Source of the DNA: a virus
Taxonomy: Duplodnaviria > Caudoviricetes
Direction: 5' to 3' (one strand)
IMG/VR virus record: IMGVR_UViG_3300025645_000111
Location: 1-51,015 of that record
DNA: 51,015 bases
Positions within the stretch are counted from its first letter, which is position 1. Each line of letters opens with the position of its first letter. The translations under genes were made by a program, and so were the position numbers. This document shows, piece by piece, positions 9,872-18,932 of this stretch. Under the pieces are notes generated by a model. The model ran no database searches, was not told where the DNA came from, and saw nothing but the letters and a program-made list of their open reading frames with translations.

Positions 9872-12800
9872 TTATCTTCCTCGTCTCGTTCGTTTATCAG
9901 TAACCCTACCTCTTGGCGCCGGCCTCTTAGTCGTCGTCTTCTTAGGTGGAGCCGACTTAACAGGCTTAATTGGAGCCTTCTTAGGAGGCGCTGTCTTCAC
10001 CGGAGCTCTTTTAATAGGAGTCCTCTTGGGCGGCGGTGGCGTCTTCACTGTCCGCCTTTTAGGTGGCAGTTTTTTCTTAGGTGGATTTGGCACCGTAGGA
10101 ATTGAAATTGGTCGCCCTGGAGGTCTAACCGGCATAATTGTTCTTGTCGGTGGCTGTGGTGCAACCGGCATAATTGTTCTTGTCGGTGGCGGTGGAGTCT
10201 TAACCGTTTGCCTTGTTCTTGTCTTCGGCAGCGGGGTTGCACGCCCGTCTCCAATTCCAGTTAAGTTGCCTGGTAATGTGTCGGTGTTTATCTTAACGCC
10301 TGGCACTATGCCGGTTCCAGGTAGCATAGGTGGAACCTCAGCAGCTGGAATTCCGGTTGGGATTGTTGATCTCAGGTTTTCTATCTGCCTGCGAATAGCA
10401 CTGTCATCAAACTGCGGAATCTCGCGTTCAGAAATCTGATTAACTCTTCCACCAAGATCTCGGATTCTGGCTTGGATATCACTCGCATCAAACTGCGGGA
10501 TCTCACGATTAGCCAGGGCATCTATTCTTGACTGAATAGCGCTATCATCAAACCTGGGAATCTCCCGCTCAGAGATGGTGTTTACTCTGCCGCCAAGGTC
10601 TCTAATTCTTGCCTGAATAGCACTGTCGTCAAACTGTGGGATCTCACGATTAGCCAGGGCGTCTATTCTCTGATTAATTGAGCTTGCGTCAAACTGTGGG
10701 ATCTCACGCTCCGAGATATTGTTTACTCTTCCACCTAGCTCACGAATTCTTTGTTGAATAGCGCTATCGTCAAACTGTGGGATCTCACGCTCAGATATCT
10801 TATTTACCCTTTCACCCAAGTTTCCAAATCTTCCGCCTAGCTCTGAAATTCTTTGTTGAATGGCACTATCGTCAAACTGTGGGATCTCACGATTAGCCAG
10901 GGCATCTATTCTTTGATTAATAGAGCTTGCGTCAAACTGCGGGATCTCACGCTCGGATATTCGATTAACTCTTTCACCCAGGTTTCCAAACCTTCCGCCC
11001 AACTCTGCAATTCTTGCCTGGATATCACTGGCGTCAAACTCAGGTACTGCAGCAACCGCAGCCTCATTAGCCGCAGCCTTAGCTCTAGCGTCTTCTGCAG
11101 CCTGTCTTGCTGCAGCAATATTTGCCTGCACGCTTCTAGGGTCAAAGCCCTCGAACCGCCGTCCCAAGCCACCAACTTCGTTTTGCATGGCATCAATTCG
11201 TGCCTGCAAATCGGGGTCTACTGCTGGAGTATTTTCAATGGCAGCCGCATTATTTGCTGCGGCTTCTTGCGCTGCTGCAATGCTGGCTTGTATCGCCGCA
11301 GGATCAAAGTTACCAAACCGTCCAAACTCTCCCTGGAGAGCGTTGATTCTTTCCTGGATATCTGGGTCTATGTTAGATACAACCGCCGCGTTAGCCGCTG
11401 CTTGTTCTTCTGCCGCCCTGGCTGCTTCCTGTGCTGCTGCAATTCTTTCTTGCACAGCTGCAGGGTCAAACCCACCAAAGCGTCCTTCAAACCCACCAAA
11501 GCGTCCTTCCATGGCGTCAATTCTAGCCTGAAAGTCAGCCATTCTTTGAGCTTCGGCTTCTTCAGCTAAGCGCTGAGACTCTGCTTCTGCTGCCATCTGT
11601 GCAGCCGCTGCTTCTGCTGCTGCCGCTTCTTGGGCTGCCGCTGCCGCTGCCGCTTGTTCTTGCGCTGCCGCTTCTTCAGCAATACGATCCGCTTCTGCTA
11701 TGGCTGCTGCCTCGGCTGCTGCTTTTTCTGCAGCAACACGCTCTTGCTCAGCTGCAGCTATTGCCGCCTCTTCTGCAGTCTTAGCATCAGCCGCTGCTTG
11801 CGCTGCCGCTGCCTCTTCTGCAGCAATACGCTCTTGCTCCGCCTGGGCTGCCTGCTGGTTAGCCAGGGCCGCAGCATCTGCCTCATCTCGGATATACTGC
11901 TGAGACGACATTGTGGCAAAGGGGTCGTCCTTCTTCTCGAAGGTAAACATGGGATTGTCGGTCCTGACACCTCGGTCAAAAACCGGACGATTCATTAAAT
12001 AGTCAGCTTGAGCTGCGTAAGGGCTACCCTGGTTCCTATACTGGTCCTGGTAAAGGTTGGATAGAATGCGGTCATAACCAGCCTTGTTTTGATTGCCAAA
12101 CAAACCCTCATCACTCCCACCGCTTTCGGGGGGTCTCATTGGGGGCCTTAAAGGTGGCAGCTTAGGCGGTCTCCTGGAAGGATCATCTCTTCCTTTCCCA
12201 AAAATATCTTCAAGTATTTTCCCACCGCCAGGAAGCCGTGGTCTTGGTACTTGGGTATTCTCATCACGATCATCTATGCCATTATTGTTAGCATCTTGAA
12301 AGTCCATGGTCCTCATTGGCGGCATGAAGGGGCCATCTAAAATTACATCACCTGGACCTGGAGGGGACATAGGTGGAATTTGCCCAGGGCCTCCTCTAGT
12401 AGGGCTGTCTTTGTCAAACAAGCGTATGTCTGAACCATCTGGCCTTTGGCCAACAACGGGGTTAATTCCACCGTTTACAGGACCGCGCTCCATCCCTCCA
12501 CCGGTAGGCGGCTGAAAAATAGGAATAGTAGGCGGTAACTGTGGGCCACGGCGTTCAAGTCCATCAACGAATTGTGAGAATGGGTTCTTTATTCTTCCAT
12601 AGTTTTCTTCGGCAAACTTTCTGCTGCCGCCAGGGGATATGGGCAGGTTATCACCGCCACGGCCACCTTCACCACCCAGTCCTGGGTCGCTAAATAAGGG
12701 GTTGTTAAAAGGATTAAAAGTGTTTACGTTGCCGCCACCTGGTCGCGGGGGTGGTCTGTAACTTGGATCTCTTGGATCAACTCTTGGGCCAGCAGAACCC

Positions 12801-12892
12801 AGGGGAAATTCTCCATATCCTGGGCCACCAAGGGTGCCCATCATTGGAGCTTTCTGTCTGAATTGTTTTAGTCGGTCGTCAAAGAAGCCCAT
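9872..12892 (-). CDS. 1006-aa low-complexity repeat protein (Pro/Gly N-terminus, Ala/Glu coiled coil, REIPQFD repeats, Lys/Pro tail)
   Basis: Long uninterrupted ORF tightly packed between structural genes. Confidence 0.8.
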   Translation of the reverse strand: MGFFDDRLKQFRQKAPMMGTLGGPGYGEFPLGSAGPRVDPRDPSYRPPPRPGGGNVNTFNPFNNPLFSDPGLGGEGGRGGDNLPISPGGSRKFAEENYGRIKNPFSQFVDGLERRGPQLPPTIPIFQPPTGGGMERGPVNGGINPVVGQRPDGSDIRLFDKDSPTRGGPGQIPPMSPPGPGDVILDGPFMPPMRTMDFQDANNNGIDDRDENTQVPRPRLPGGGKILEDIFGKGRDDPSRRPPKLPPLRPPMRPPESGGSDEGLFGNQNKAGYDRILSNLYQDQYRNQGSPYAAQADYLMNRPVFDRGVRTDNPMFTFEKKDDPFATMSSQQYIRDEADAAALANQQAAQAEQERIAAEEAAAAQAAADAKTAEEAAIAAAEQERVAAEKAAAEAAAIAEADRIAEEAAAQEQAAAAAAAQEAAAAEAAAAQMAAEAESQRLAEEAEAQRMADFQARIDAMEGRFGGFEGRFGGFDPAAVQERIAAAQEAARAAEEQAAANAAVVSNIDPDIQERINALQGEFGRFGNFDPAAIQASIAAAQEAAANNAAAIENTPAVDPDLQARIDAMQNEVGGLGRRFEGFDPRSVQANIAAARQAAEDARAKAAANEAAVAAVPEFDASDIQARIAELGGRFGNLGERVNRISEREIPQFDASSINQRIDALANREIPQFDDSAIQQRISELGGRFGNLGERVNKISEREIPQFDDSAIQQRIRELGGRVNNISEREIPQFDASSINQRIDALANREIPQFDDSAIQARIRDLGGRVNTISEREIPRFDDSAIQSRIDALANREIPQFDASDIQARIRDLGGRVNQISEREIPQFDDSAIRRQIENLRSTIPTGIPAAEVPPMLPGTGIVPGVKINTDTLPGNLTGIGDGRATPLPKTRTRQTVKTPPPPTRTIMPVAPQPPTRTIMPVRPPGRPISIPTVPNPPKKKLPPKRRTVKTPPPPKRTPIKRAPVKTAPPKKAPIKPVKSAPPKKTTTKRPAPRGRVTDKRTRRGR
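10400..11050 (-). repeat. Coding repeat array: 8 x REIP[QR]FD units plus a degenerate VPEFD unit
   Basis: Recurrent tcaaactg(t/c)gggatctcacg on the + strand; units differ in length. Confidence 0.85.
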
Positions 12893-12898
12893 AACTTA

Positions 12899-13192
12899 TC
12901 ACCAATTTTTGCAAGACCAATACGAAGGTGCGAAAACGTCTTTCTTCTTCTGCACCACATCGCAGTTATGCCTTGCGCGAAATGACTTCTTTCTTGCTGG
13001 CTGGTCTGATTTTATTTTCATTTTAGGATCGCCATACCTAACCAGCTTAACCTGGTCACCTTTCTTGGCAAGAACCTTAAACTTTTTGCTGGCTCCTGGC
13101 GTCCTTACTTGTTTGTTGTAACCAGGAAAAGACTCACCCCTATAGGAGAGCCTTCCTGATTTGCTTCTCTTAACATCATCCGTGGTAGCCAT
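12899..13192 (-). CDS. Small basic hypothetical protein
   Basis: 97 aa, ends FRARHNCD...YWSCKNW. Confidence 0.75.
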   Translation of the reverse strand: MATTDDVKRSKSGRLSYRGESFPGYNKQVRTPGASKKFKVLAKKGDQVKLVRYGDPKMKIKSDQPARKKSFRARHNCDVVQKKKDVFAPSYWSCKNW

Positions 13193-13818
13193 TACGCATG
13201 GAATACAGTCATATTGGAGAAGGTGGTAACGTCATACTGCAAATAAATACCGTCCTTAAATAAGATACCCTCGTCTGGGACGGTGATATCTCTGGAAACG
13301 GTAGCGCTTGCAACCGTACCTATTTTTAACTGCGAATCACCGGTAATAGATGTTGTGAGAAAATTCAAAACACCCGCTGCAGAAGAGCAAACAATGTAAG
13401 TCCCCTGAAGCCTGGCTCTACCAGCGTAAATTGCGACTGCGGCGTTATTAGCCATTCCTACTGAAATGTTAGCTGCTGGCTGCGTATTAACCGCACCCGC
13501 AGTAACAGTCTTAAAATACTTGGTTCCGGTTACCGTAGTAGCAGAACCAAGCATAGTAAGGGTTTCAGTCTGAGCTGCGCCATCAATATCAGTACCTGTA
13601 ATCAGAATCGTTTTACCAGCATCACCGGTCCCAGTAGTTGTTACTGTGACCAGGCGAGCATTGGTAAAAGATACTGCACCGCCATCAGCGTCAGTACCAT
13701 TGATAGTAAGGGCGGTATTTGGCTGTTGGTTTGCACCTATTGAAGCAACATCTGCAGCATTAGTGTCGGCCTCAACAAAGAGGGCCGAAGCATCGCTGCC
13801 TGAAAATCTAGTGCCCAT
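13192..13818 (-). CDS. Putative virion structural protein
   Basis: 208 aa Thr/Ala/Gly beta-rich, downstream of the capsid gene; GGAGG RBS. Confidence 0.65.
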   Translation of the reverse strand: MGTRFSGSDASALFVEADTNAADVASIGANQQPNTALTINGTDADGGAVSFTNARLVTVTTTGTGDAGKTILITGTDIDGAAQTETLTMLGSATTVTGTKYFKTVTAGAVNTQPAANISVGMANNAAVAIYAGRARLQGTYIVCSSAAGVLNFLTTSITGDSQLKIGTVASATVSRDITVPDEGILFKDGIYLQYDVTTFSNMTVFHA

Positions 13819-13838
13819 GATAAGCCTCCAATAGTGGT

Positions 13839-14552
13839 TTAACGCTCGACAGAGGCCAGGATGTAATCAATGGTCATAGTCTTCGCAGCTGCTTCGCCAT
13901 TCTGAATACCAAAAGAAACAGTCAACTCTTCATCATCAACCGCGTTAGTCAGAGTAAGCTGAGAAGCTACCTGCGCGTCATTGACAAAGATCTTGAATGC
14001 ACCAGCGCCATCTTGGCCGCCATTTGGATCGTAGTGGAAAGCAACAGTGACAAAAGTGTCATCTGCCATTGCGTGAACATCTTCGTTAGAAGTTGAAGCG
14101 TTATCCTTCTCGATAGTGAAATCAAGACCGGTTGCGCCGTCAGCTTTGATGAAGTAAAAACCATCAGTAGTGTCTAGCGGAGTGGTATCAGTAATACCAA
14201 GGCCCATCACAAAGTCGGACTGAGTTGCGTCACTTACCTTGAATCGCGCTTTGAAGAACATGTTCTTGCTTGCGTCATACTTAAAGGCTTCGCCTTTGAG
14301 CTGCAAGAAATCAAGATCATTGTCACCAGCTGCGTTTGTAACAAGTAACAAGCCGCCAGATCCTGAAGCCAGGGCTTCTGTCGCGCTTCCTGTACCAGCT
14401 TCTGTGGTGGTGATAGTCCACTCATCAGCGTGATAGGTAAAGAAGTCGTTGGCGTAAGTCACATACTTGAACGGGTCCAGGTACGGAAAGTCATATAGCG
14501 GGTTTCCAGCAACTTGGTTGGAAACACCATTTCTAAAGTGTGTAGTAGGCAT
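13839..14552 (-). CDS. Putative capsid decoration / virion protein
   Basis: 237 aa beta-rich; first gene after the MCP terminator. Confidence 0.6.
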   Translation of the reverse strand: MPTTHFRNGVSNQVAGNPLYDFPYLDPFKYVTYANDFFTYHADEWTITTTEAGTGSATEALASGSGGLLLVTNAAGDNDLDFLQLKGEAFKYDASKNMFFKARFKVSDATQSDFVMGLGITDTTPLDTTDGFYFIKADGATGLDFTIEKDNASTSNEDVHAMADDTFVTVAFHYDPNGGQDGAGAFKIFVNDAQVASQLTLTNAVDDEELTVSFGIQNGEAAAKTMTIDYILASVER

Positions 14553-14680
14553 AACAGTTATCCTCGATTAACCAGCGCATTTAGCGCCATTAAGCTACTT
14601 ATACAGCAAATACTCGCTTGGCCGAATGCTGTTGTTTAATCCAAGTCTCCAAAGTATACCACCAATATTTAAAAACGCGC

Positions 14681-14710
14681 AAAAAAAAAGGGGAGCCATA
14701 AGCCCCCCTT
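14681..14710 (-). terminator. Rho-independent terminator after the major capsid gene
   Basis: Minus strand AAGGGGGGC-TTATG-GCTCCCCTT followed by a T-run. Confidence 0.8.
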
Positions 14711-14730
14711 TCCTTTTCACTAACTTAGAG

Positions 14731-15648
14731 TTATGCGCCTTGCGACCCATAAATACCACGCCAGTCAGAGAAACCAAACGAATAACGCTCACGCGCCTTG
14801 TATCGAATGTTTCCTGTGCTGAAGTCAGGCTCCATGTTAGTCTCCATCGCAGTACGCTGGAACATCTTCAGACCTTCGCCACTTTCAGTAACGGAAGTCA
14901 ACAAGAAGAAGGCGTCTGGGTCAGTCAGATAATGATTGACCGTATAGCCACCAGGCAATACGCCTGTGTTCTTGATAGCGTTGATGTCGTTGTCAGCAGT
15001 ACCTGAACGCAGTTGCGAGTTCAAGATACGGTCAGCAACAAACACCAGCTGAGGAGGTACAACCAACTTAGTAGCCTGGACCGAAACAGTAAGACCCTTA
15101 TCATCGGTAAATGTGCTGATATCAATCAGAGCATCTTCCAGGGAAGTTTCGTTCAAGTCCGCCATAGTGGTTGCACGGTTAGCCGCAGTACCACCGCCAG
15201 CCAATGGGTGAGCAGTGTTAATCATAGATACACCGTCTCCTCCAGTGAAGCTCGCAGAGAATGCGTTGTTAAGTACGTCAGCACCCTTAACCTCTTTGGT
15301 GTTAGCCATAGAGCGAGCGAGAGCTTTAACATAGCGCTTACCGAGTGAGTCATAGAGGTTATCCTCTACAGCTTCGTCAGTCAGTGCGAATGCCAGAGCA
15401 ATCGTATCGTGGGTGTAACGTGCTGAGTAAGACTCAGATGCGTTGTCAAAAACAACACCCTGGCCTTCTGTCTTAGTTGGGGCTGAACCGAATCCGGTAA
15501 TCAACACCTCTTCTTCAAAAGCACGCTGAGAATCTTCAATAGCAAAGATCTCCTCATACTCTTTCTCGTAGCTGTCGTAGCTCATGCCGAAGAGACTGTT
15601 TAGCCCAGGCTCTAGCTCTTTCGCTAGTTGTGCGCGTGAAATAGCCAT
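14731..15648 (-). CDS. Major capsid protein
   Basis: 305 aa; MAISRAQLAKELEPGL N-terminus, KLVVPPQL, RYKARERYSFGFSDWRG C-terminus; AAGGAG RBS; followed by a terminator. Confidence 0.85.
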   Translation of the reverse strand: MAISRAQLAKELEPGLNSLFGMSYDSYEKEYEEIFAIEDSQRAFEEEVLITGFGSAPTKTEGQGVVFDNASESYSARYTHDTIALAFALTDEAVEDNLYDSLGKRYVKALARSMANTKEVKGADVLNNAFSASFTGGDGVSMINTAHPLAGGGTAANRATTMADLNETSLEDALIDISTFTDDKGLTVSVQATKLVVPPQLVFVADRILNSQLRSGTADNDINAIKNTGVLPGGYTVNHYLTDPDAFFLLTSVTESGEGLKMFQRTAMETNMEPDFSTGNIRYKARERYSFGFSDWRGIYGSQGA

Positions 15649-15663
15649 TCTTTACTCTCCTTA

Positions 15664-16251
15664 TTAAGCTAAGCCAGCGCCTTTCACACCCATAATGTGG
15701 TTCTGAATAACCACCATTACGTTTGTGTTAGCACTCGCTACGTCATCGTTATCGGGATCCTGGGAAATGTCGATAGCCTTGAGAGGTAACGTGGTAGCAG
15801 TTGCTCCCGTAGTTACGTCTAGCTCAACATTGCTGCGTCCAGAAGCTGTGTCACCAACAGTTGCTTGATCGACAATATCGAAGTTTCCGAACAAGTCAGC
15901 AACTGGGAAAGCTGCGTCTGCTTGTACTTCAAATACGGTATCGGGATCGTCAATTACAAATGCGATGATGTCACTCTGTACGATAGCACCAGGGTAATAG
16001 TTGCTGAACACTTGCTCACCAGAGGTGGGGTCCGTGTACTGACAACCGTTAAATACTCCTACAACAGGAACAGTGCTTGAAGCAGCTGCACGCTGAACCG
16101 TTCCGCCGGTTAGCTGTTTTACCAGATCACCTTGGAAAATTGCGTTGGTTTCATTAGACGCAATTCTATAACGGCTCTGGCCACCTGAGTAAGGAGCTCC
16201 GCCCATCATGCGGGACGGCTTTAAACCAAATGCGGCATCTTTATTGCTCAT
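15664..16251 (-). CDS. Head-module protein (minor capsid/cement-like)
   Basis: 195 aa immediately upstream of the MCP; AIFQGDLV, GVFNGCQYTDP. Confidence 0.6.
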   Translation of the reverse strand: MSNKDAAFGLKPSRMMGGAPYSGGQSRYRIASNETNAIFQGDLVKQLTGGTVQRAAASSTVPVVGVFNGCQYTDPTSGEQVFSNYYPGAIVQSDIIAFVIDDPDTVFEVQADAAFPVADLFGNFDIVDQATVGDTASGRSNVELDVTTGATATTLPLKAIDISQDPDNDDVASANTNVMVVIQNHIMGVKGAGLA

Positions 16252-16266
16252 AGGTCATTTCCTCGT

Positions 16267-16740
16267 TTATCTTCTGCCAAAGGTTACTTGGGTATCCCTC
16301 TTTGGATCATACTTGACATAACGACCATCTTTCTGAGCATCTCCAAACATATTATTGTCAAGAGCGTCTTTTGCAGCTTGAGTCTTACCTTCGTAATATT
16401 CGCGCCGCTCGGCAATCGTTTCATCAGGAATCTTCGCAAGAAGAAGGCCCTCGTTATATATGACTCCCATATGTCTGCCATTATCCATAGTCGGTAGGCT
16501 TTCAGCCCACTCTGGAGGAAGATCTGAGCCTTTAACAAGCTCCCATCCTTCTCTAATGCGGCGAGAGACATTACTTCTGTCTTCCGCTCCCAACATGGAT
16601 TCCCGAATCCACCGGTAGGTATAACCAGGTGGTGGTTCAGGCGTTTCCAGCTTTCTTACAGGACGCCACGGTTTACGTCGAGTCTGATTATCGTGCGCTC
16701 CACTTTCACGCGAGGTGCGATTACTTTTTGATTCTGTCAT
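16267..16740 (-). CDS. Head-module hypothetical protein
   Basis: 157 aa; PPPGYTYRWIR...REGWELV. Confidence 0.7.
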   Translation of the reverse strand: MTESKSNRTSRESGAHDNQTRRKPWRPVRKLETPEPPPGYTYRWIRESMLGAEDRSNVSRRIREGWELVKGSDLPPEWAESLPTMDNGRHMGVIYNEGLLLAKIPDETIAERREYYEGKTQAAKDALDNNMFGDAQKDGRYVKYDPKRDTQVTFGRR

Positions 16741-16741
16741 G

Positions 16742-17719
16742 TTACATCTCCTCCCTTGCTGAGATTTTTTGTTTCTCTTTAGCTACGTGCCGCAACCATG
16801 TATCCATATCCATGTTATGCGGCTTTAAGCCACGGAGGCGCTCCACTTCAGAGTTACTAAAAGTAACACCGCTCCTGTTGCCTCGTGTTTTTTGCCGTCC
16901 GCCTGAAGAGGCGGAGGAAGAGACTCTTTGCACGGCGGGTCTGCTTCCATTTTGTACAGCTTTGTTATTGCCTGGTGTGGCATTAACAAGTTTAGGATAT
17001 ACTTTTCCAACCCGACTGTCCAATTCACCGTAATAGTCATCACTATCAGGCTCAAATCCTTCGTTGATTAAATTGAAGTGGGTGAAGTAAGCATACTGGG
17101 TTGCTTGGAGATGTTCTTGATCTTCTCCATTGCCATACCATTGATTTCTTTCGTGCCAGGTCAACGCTTGTTCAGTTGGCTCTGCAGTAGCTGGTTGTGC
17201 TTGCTGCTCCTCATATGCCTGATACTGACCTTGATCCTGGTACTGTTGAGCTTGAGCCTGGGCTTGTGCTTGAGCAGCTTGCTGCCTGGAAGCCTGGACC
17301 CGAAGGCGCTCTTTCTGAATCGACATGTCATTTTTAAGCGTAGTCGCTTTAGACATTAATTCAGGATCACCACTAGCAACGGCCTTCTTGTACAGGTCGT
17401 CAACTTGGGCCTCTTTTGCTTCAACCGCCTCGGCTTCTTTTGATAAAACCGTCTGGTCTTGCTGGGCGGTATAAGCTCGATATTGTTGAAGCTCTCGCTC
17501 TTTAGCCAGGGCAATTTGCTCTAACTGTGCAGCTCGATCTTCTGCCTGTTTGTTCTTGGCGTTGAGCTTGTTAATTCTTTTGCTAACAGACTTGGTGTAA
17601 TTTTCCAGCTCATCTTCGCTGCTGGATTTTACCTCCTCACCTTCAGGTGGATCGTCAACAATTTCAATCTCTAAGTCTTCATTTTCTTGCAGTTCTTCTG
17701 CCTGGTTGTTCTCAATCAT
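16742..17719 (-). CDS. Capsid scaffolding protein
   Basis: 325 aa, acidic N-terminus, long coiled coil, between portal and MCP. Confidence 0.7.
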   Translation of the reverse strand: MIENNQAEELQENEDLEIEIVDDPPEGEEVKSSSEDELENYTKSVSKRINKLNAKNKQAEDRAAQLEQIALAKERELQQYRAYTAQQDQTVLSKEAEAVEAKEAQVDDLYKKAVASGDPELMSKATTLKNDMSIQKERLRVQASRQQAAQAQAQAQAQQYQDQGQYQAYEEQQAQPATAEPTEQALTWHERNQWYGNGEDQEHLQATQYAYFTHFNLINEGFEPDSDDYYGELDSRVGKVYPKLVNATPGNNKAVQNGSRPAVQRVSSSASSGGRQKTRGNRSGVTFSNSEVERLRGLKPHNMDMDTWLRHVAKEKQKISAREEM

Positions 17720-18141
17720 CGGAAGCTCACTATGTCGTCAGGGTCTAGGATAGTACCAATGACCTCATCGTCATTGATAATGCGGACTTCTGCGCCATCT
17801 TCCAACTTAAACCTAGCGCCAGAATATCGACCAATGAGAACCCATTGCTTTTCAGCGCACCAAGGCTTTTCACCATACTTTGTCGTATCGTTATAGCAAA
17901 GAGGACCCATCTTTACGACATAAGCAACAACCGTTGCCAGCGCCTCTCTGTCCATGGTCTCCTTTGTAAGGGCAATGCCACCTTTTGTCTGAGCTTGGCC
18001 GGCATAAGGAAGAACAAGCATCCTCCAACCAGTCGGGGTTGGCATGCGGTCAATCAAGCTCATGTCCAATAGGCTTGGATCTAAAACGCGGTTATCGCCC
18101 TCCAGATAAGCACTGTCGATACTAGATGATGGTTTACTCAA
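17716..18141 (-). CDS. groES: Co-chaperonin GroES-like protein
   Basis: PTGWRMLVLP...TKGGIAL mobile loop...VVKMGP...RYSG...IINDDEVIGTI. Confidence 0.85.
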   Translation of the reverse strand: MSKPSSSIDSAYLEGDNRVLDPSLLDMSLIDRMPTPTGWRMLVLPYAGQAQTKGGIALTKETMDREALATVVAYVVKMGPLCYNDTTKYGEKPWCAEKQWVLIGRYSGARFKLEDGAEVRIINDDEVIGTILDPDDIVSFR

Positions 18142-18325
18142 ACTTGTTCTCCTTATAAAAGTCTTTTATGGTCATTTCTACTAAGTTTAGCACTTCTAGC
18201 TGACCTTGCAAAGATTTATAATGTTCGATATCTTTGAGCATACCCTCCATCATGACGGTCTGTATTTGATCCCGCCTTTCGGCAACTGTCCTTTTCAGGC
18301 TTGCCGCCAGGTTTAAATCATCCAT
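18134..18325 (-). CDS. Hypothetical protein
   Basis: 63 aa, overlaps neighbours; YKSLQGQL. Confidence 0.7.
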   Translation of the reverse strand: MDDLNLAASLKRTVAERRDQIQTVMMEGMLKDIEHYKSLQGQLEVLNLVEMTIKDFYKENKFE

Positions 18326-18522
18326 TACACTTTCTCGTAATAGTACAAACCTTTAGTTGCAGCGCCTGTGCCTCTAGTCTTCATGCGCTTTACTTCACCA
18401 CCCATCTTCATGCCCTTTGCCGTTTTCATGGCAATGGCAACAGCCTGGGCTTGAGGCTTTCCTTCTGAGCGAAGTTTTTTAATATTCTTACCGATTGATT
18501 TTTTACCTTTGTCTAATGGCAT
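18325..18522 (-). CDS. Small basic protein
   Basis: 65 aa; GKPQAQAVAIA, MKMGGEV, RGTGAATKG. Confidence 0.7.
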   Translation of the reverse strand: MPLDKGKKSIGKNIKKLRSEGKPQAQAVAIAMKTAKGMKMGGEVKRMKTRGTGAATKGLYYYEKV

Positions 18523-18932
18523 TATTTTTTACTCCTAGCTTTTGCTTTAGGTTTTGCTGCGTCCTTTTTCTTAGGCGCAACTTTTTTCTTAGGCGCAGTC
18601 TTCTTAGGGACAAATGCCTCATTAATATCTGGGGTAGAGGGGTCGTCAGCGACATAATGGCCCTTGTCATCCCTTGCTCGCTCCATTTCAACAGGAGCTG
18701 GGGCAACCATCTCAACCTTGGCATTAGCAGCAATTTCTTTCTCAGCTGCAGCCTGGGCAACTTCGTCACCATTGATCCTGGCTATCTTTGCAGCTAACCG
18801 CAAAGAATCTGCTTTGGCAGCGGCTTTCTTCGCAACCTCTTCTTTATCCCTGATTAGCTTTTCAGCCTGGCGCTCTAGCTTTTTAATAGCCTTGAGCTCT
18901 TCTTGTTTTTCTAAAATATAACTTGTCGTCAT
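18522..18932 (-). CDS. Lys/Ala-rich hypothetical protein
   Basis: 136 aa; RARDDKGHYVADDPSTPDINEAF and a very basic tail. Confidence 0.7.
   Translation of the reverse strand: MTTSYILEKQEELKAIKKLERQAEKLIRDKEEVAKKAAAKADSLRLAAKIARINGDEVAQAAAEKEIAANAKVEMVAPAPVEMERARDDKGHYVADDPSTPDINEAFVPKKTAPKKKVAPKKKDAAKPKAKARSKK

Noticed and set aside
9864-10439. 191-aa hydrophobic + strand ORF resembling a membrane protein
   Set aside because: Antisense mirror of the Lys/Pro/Thr-rich tail of 9872..12892
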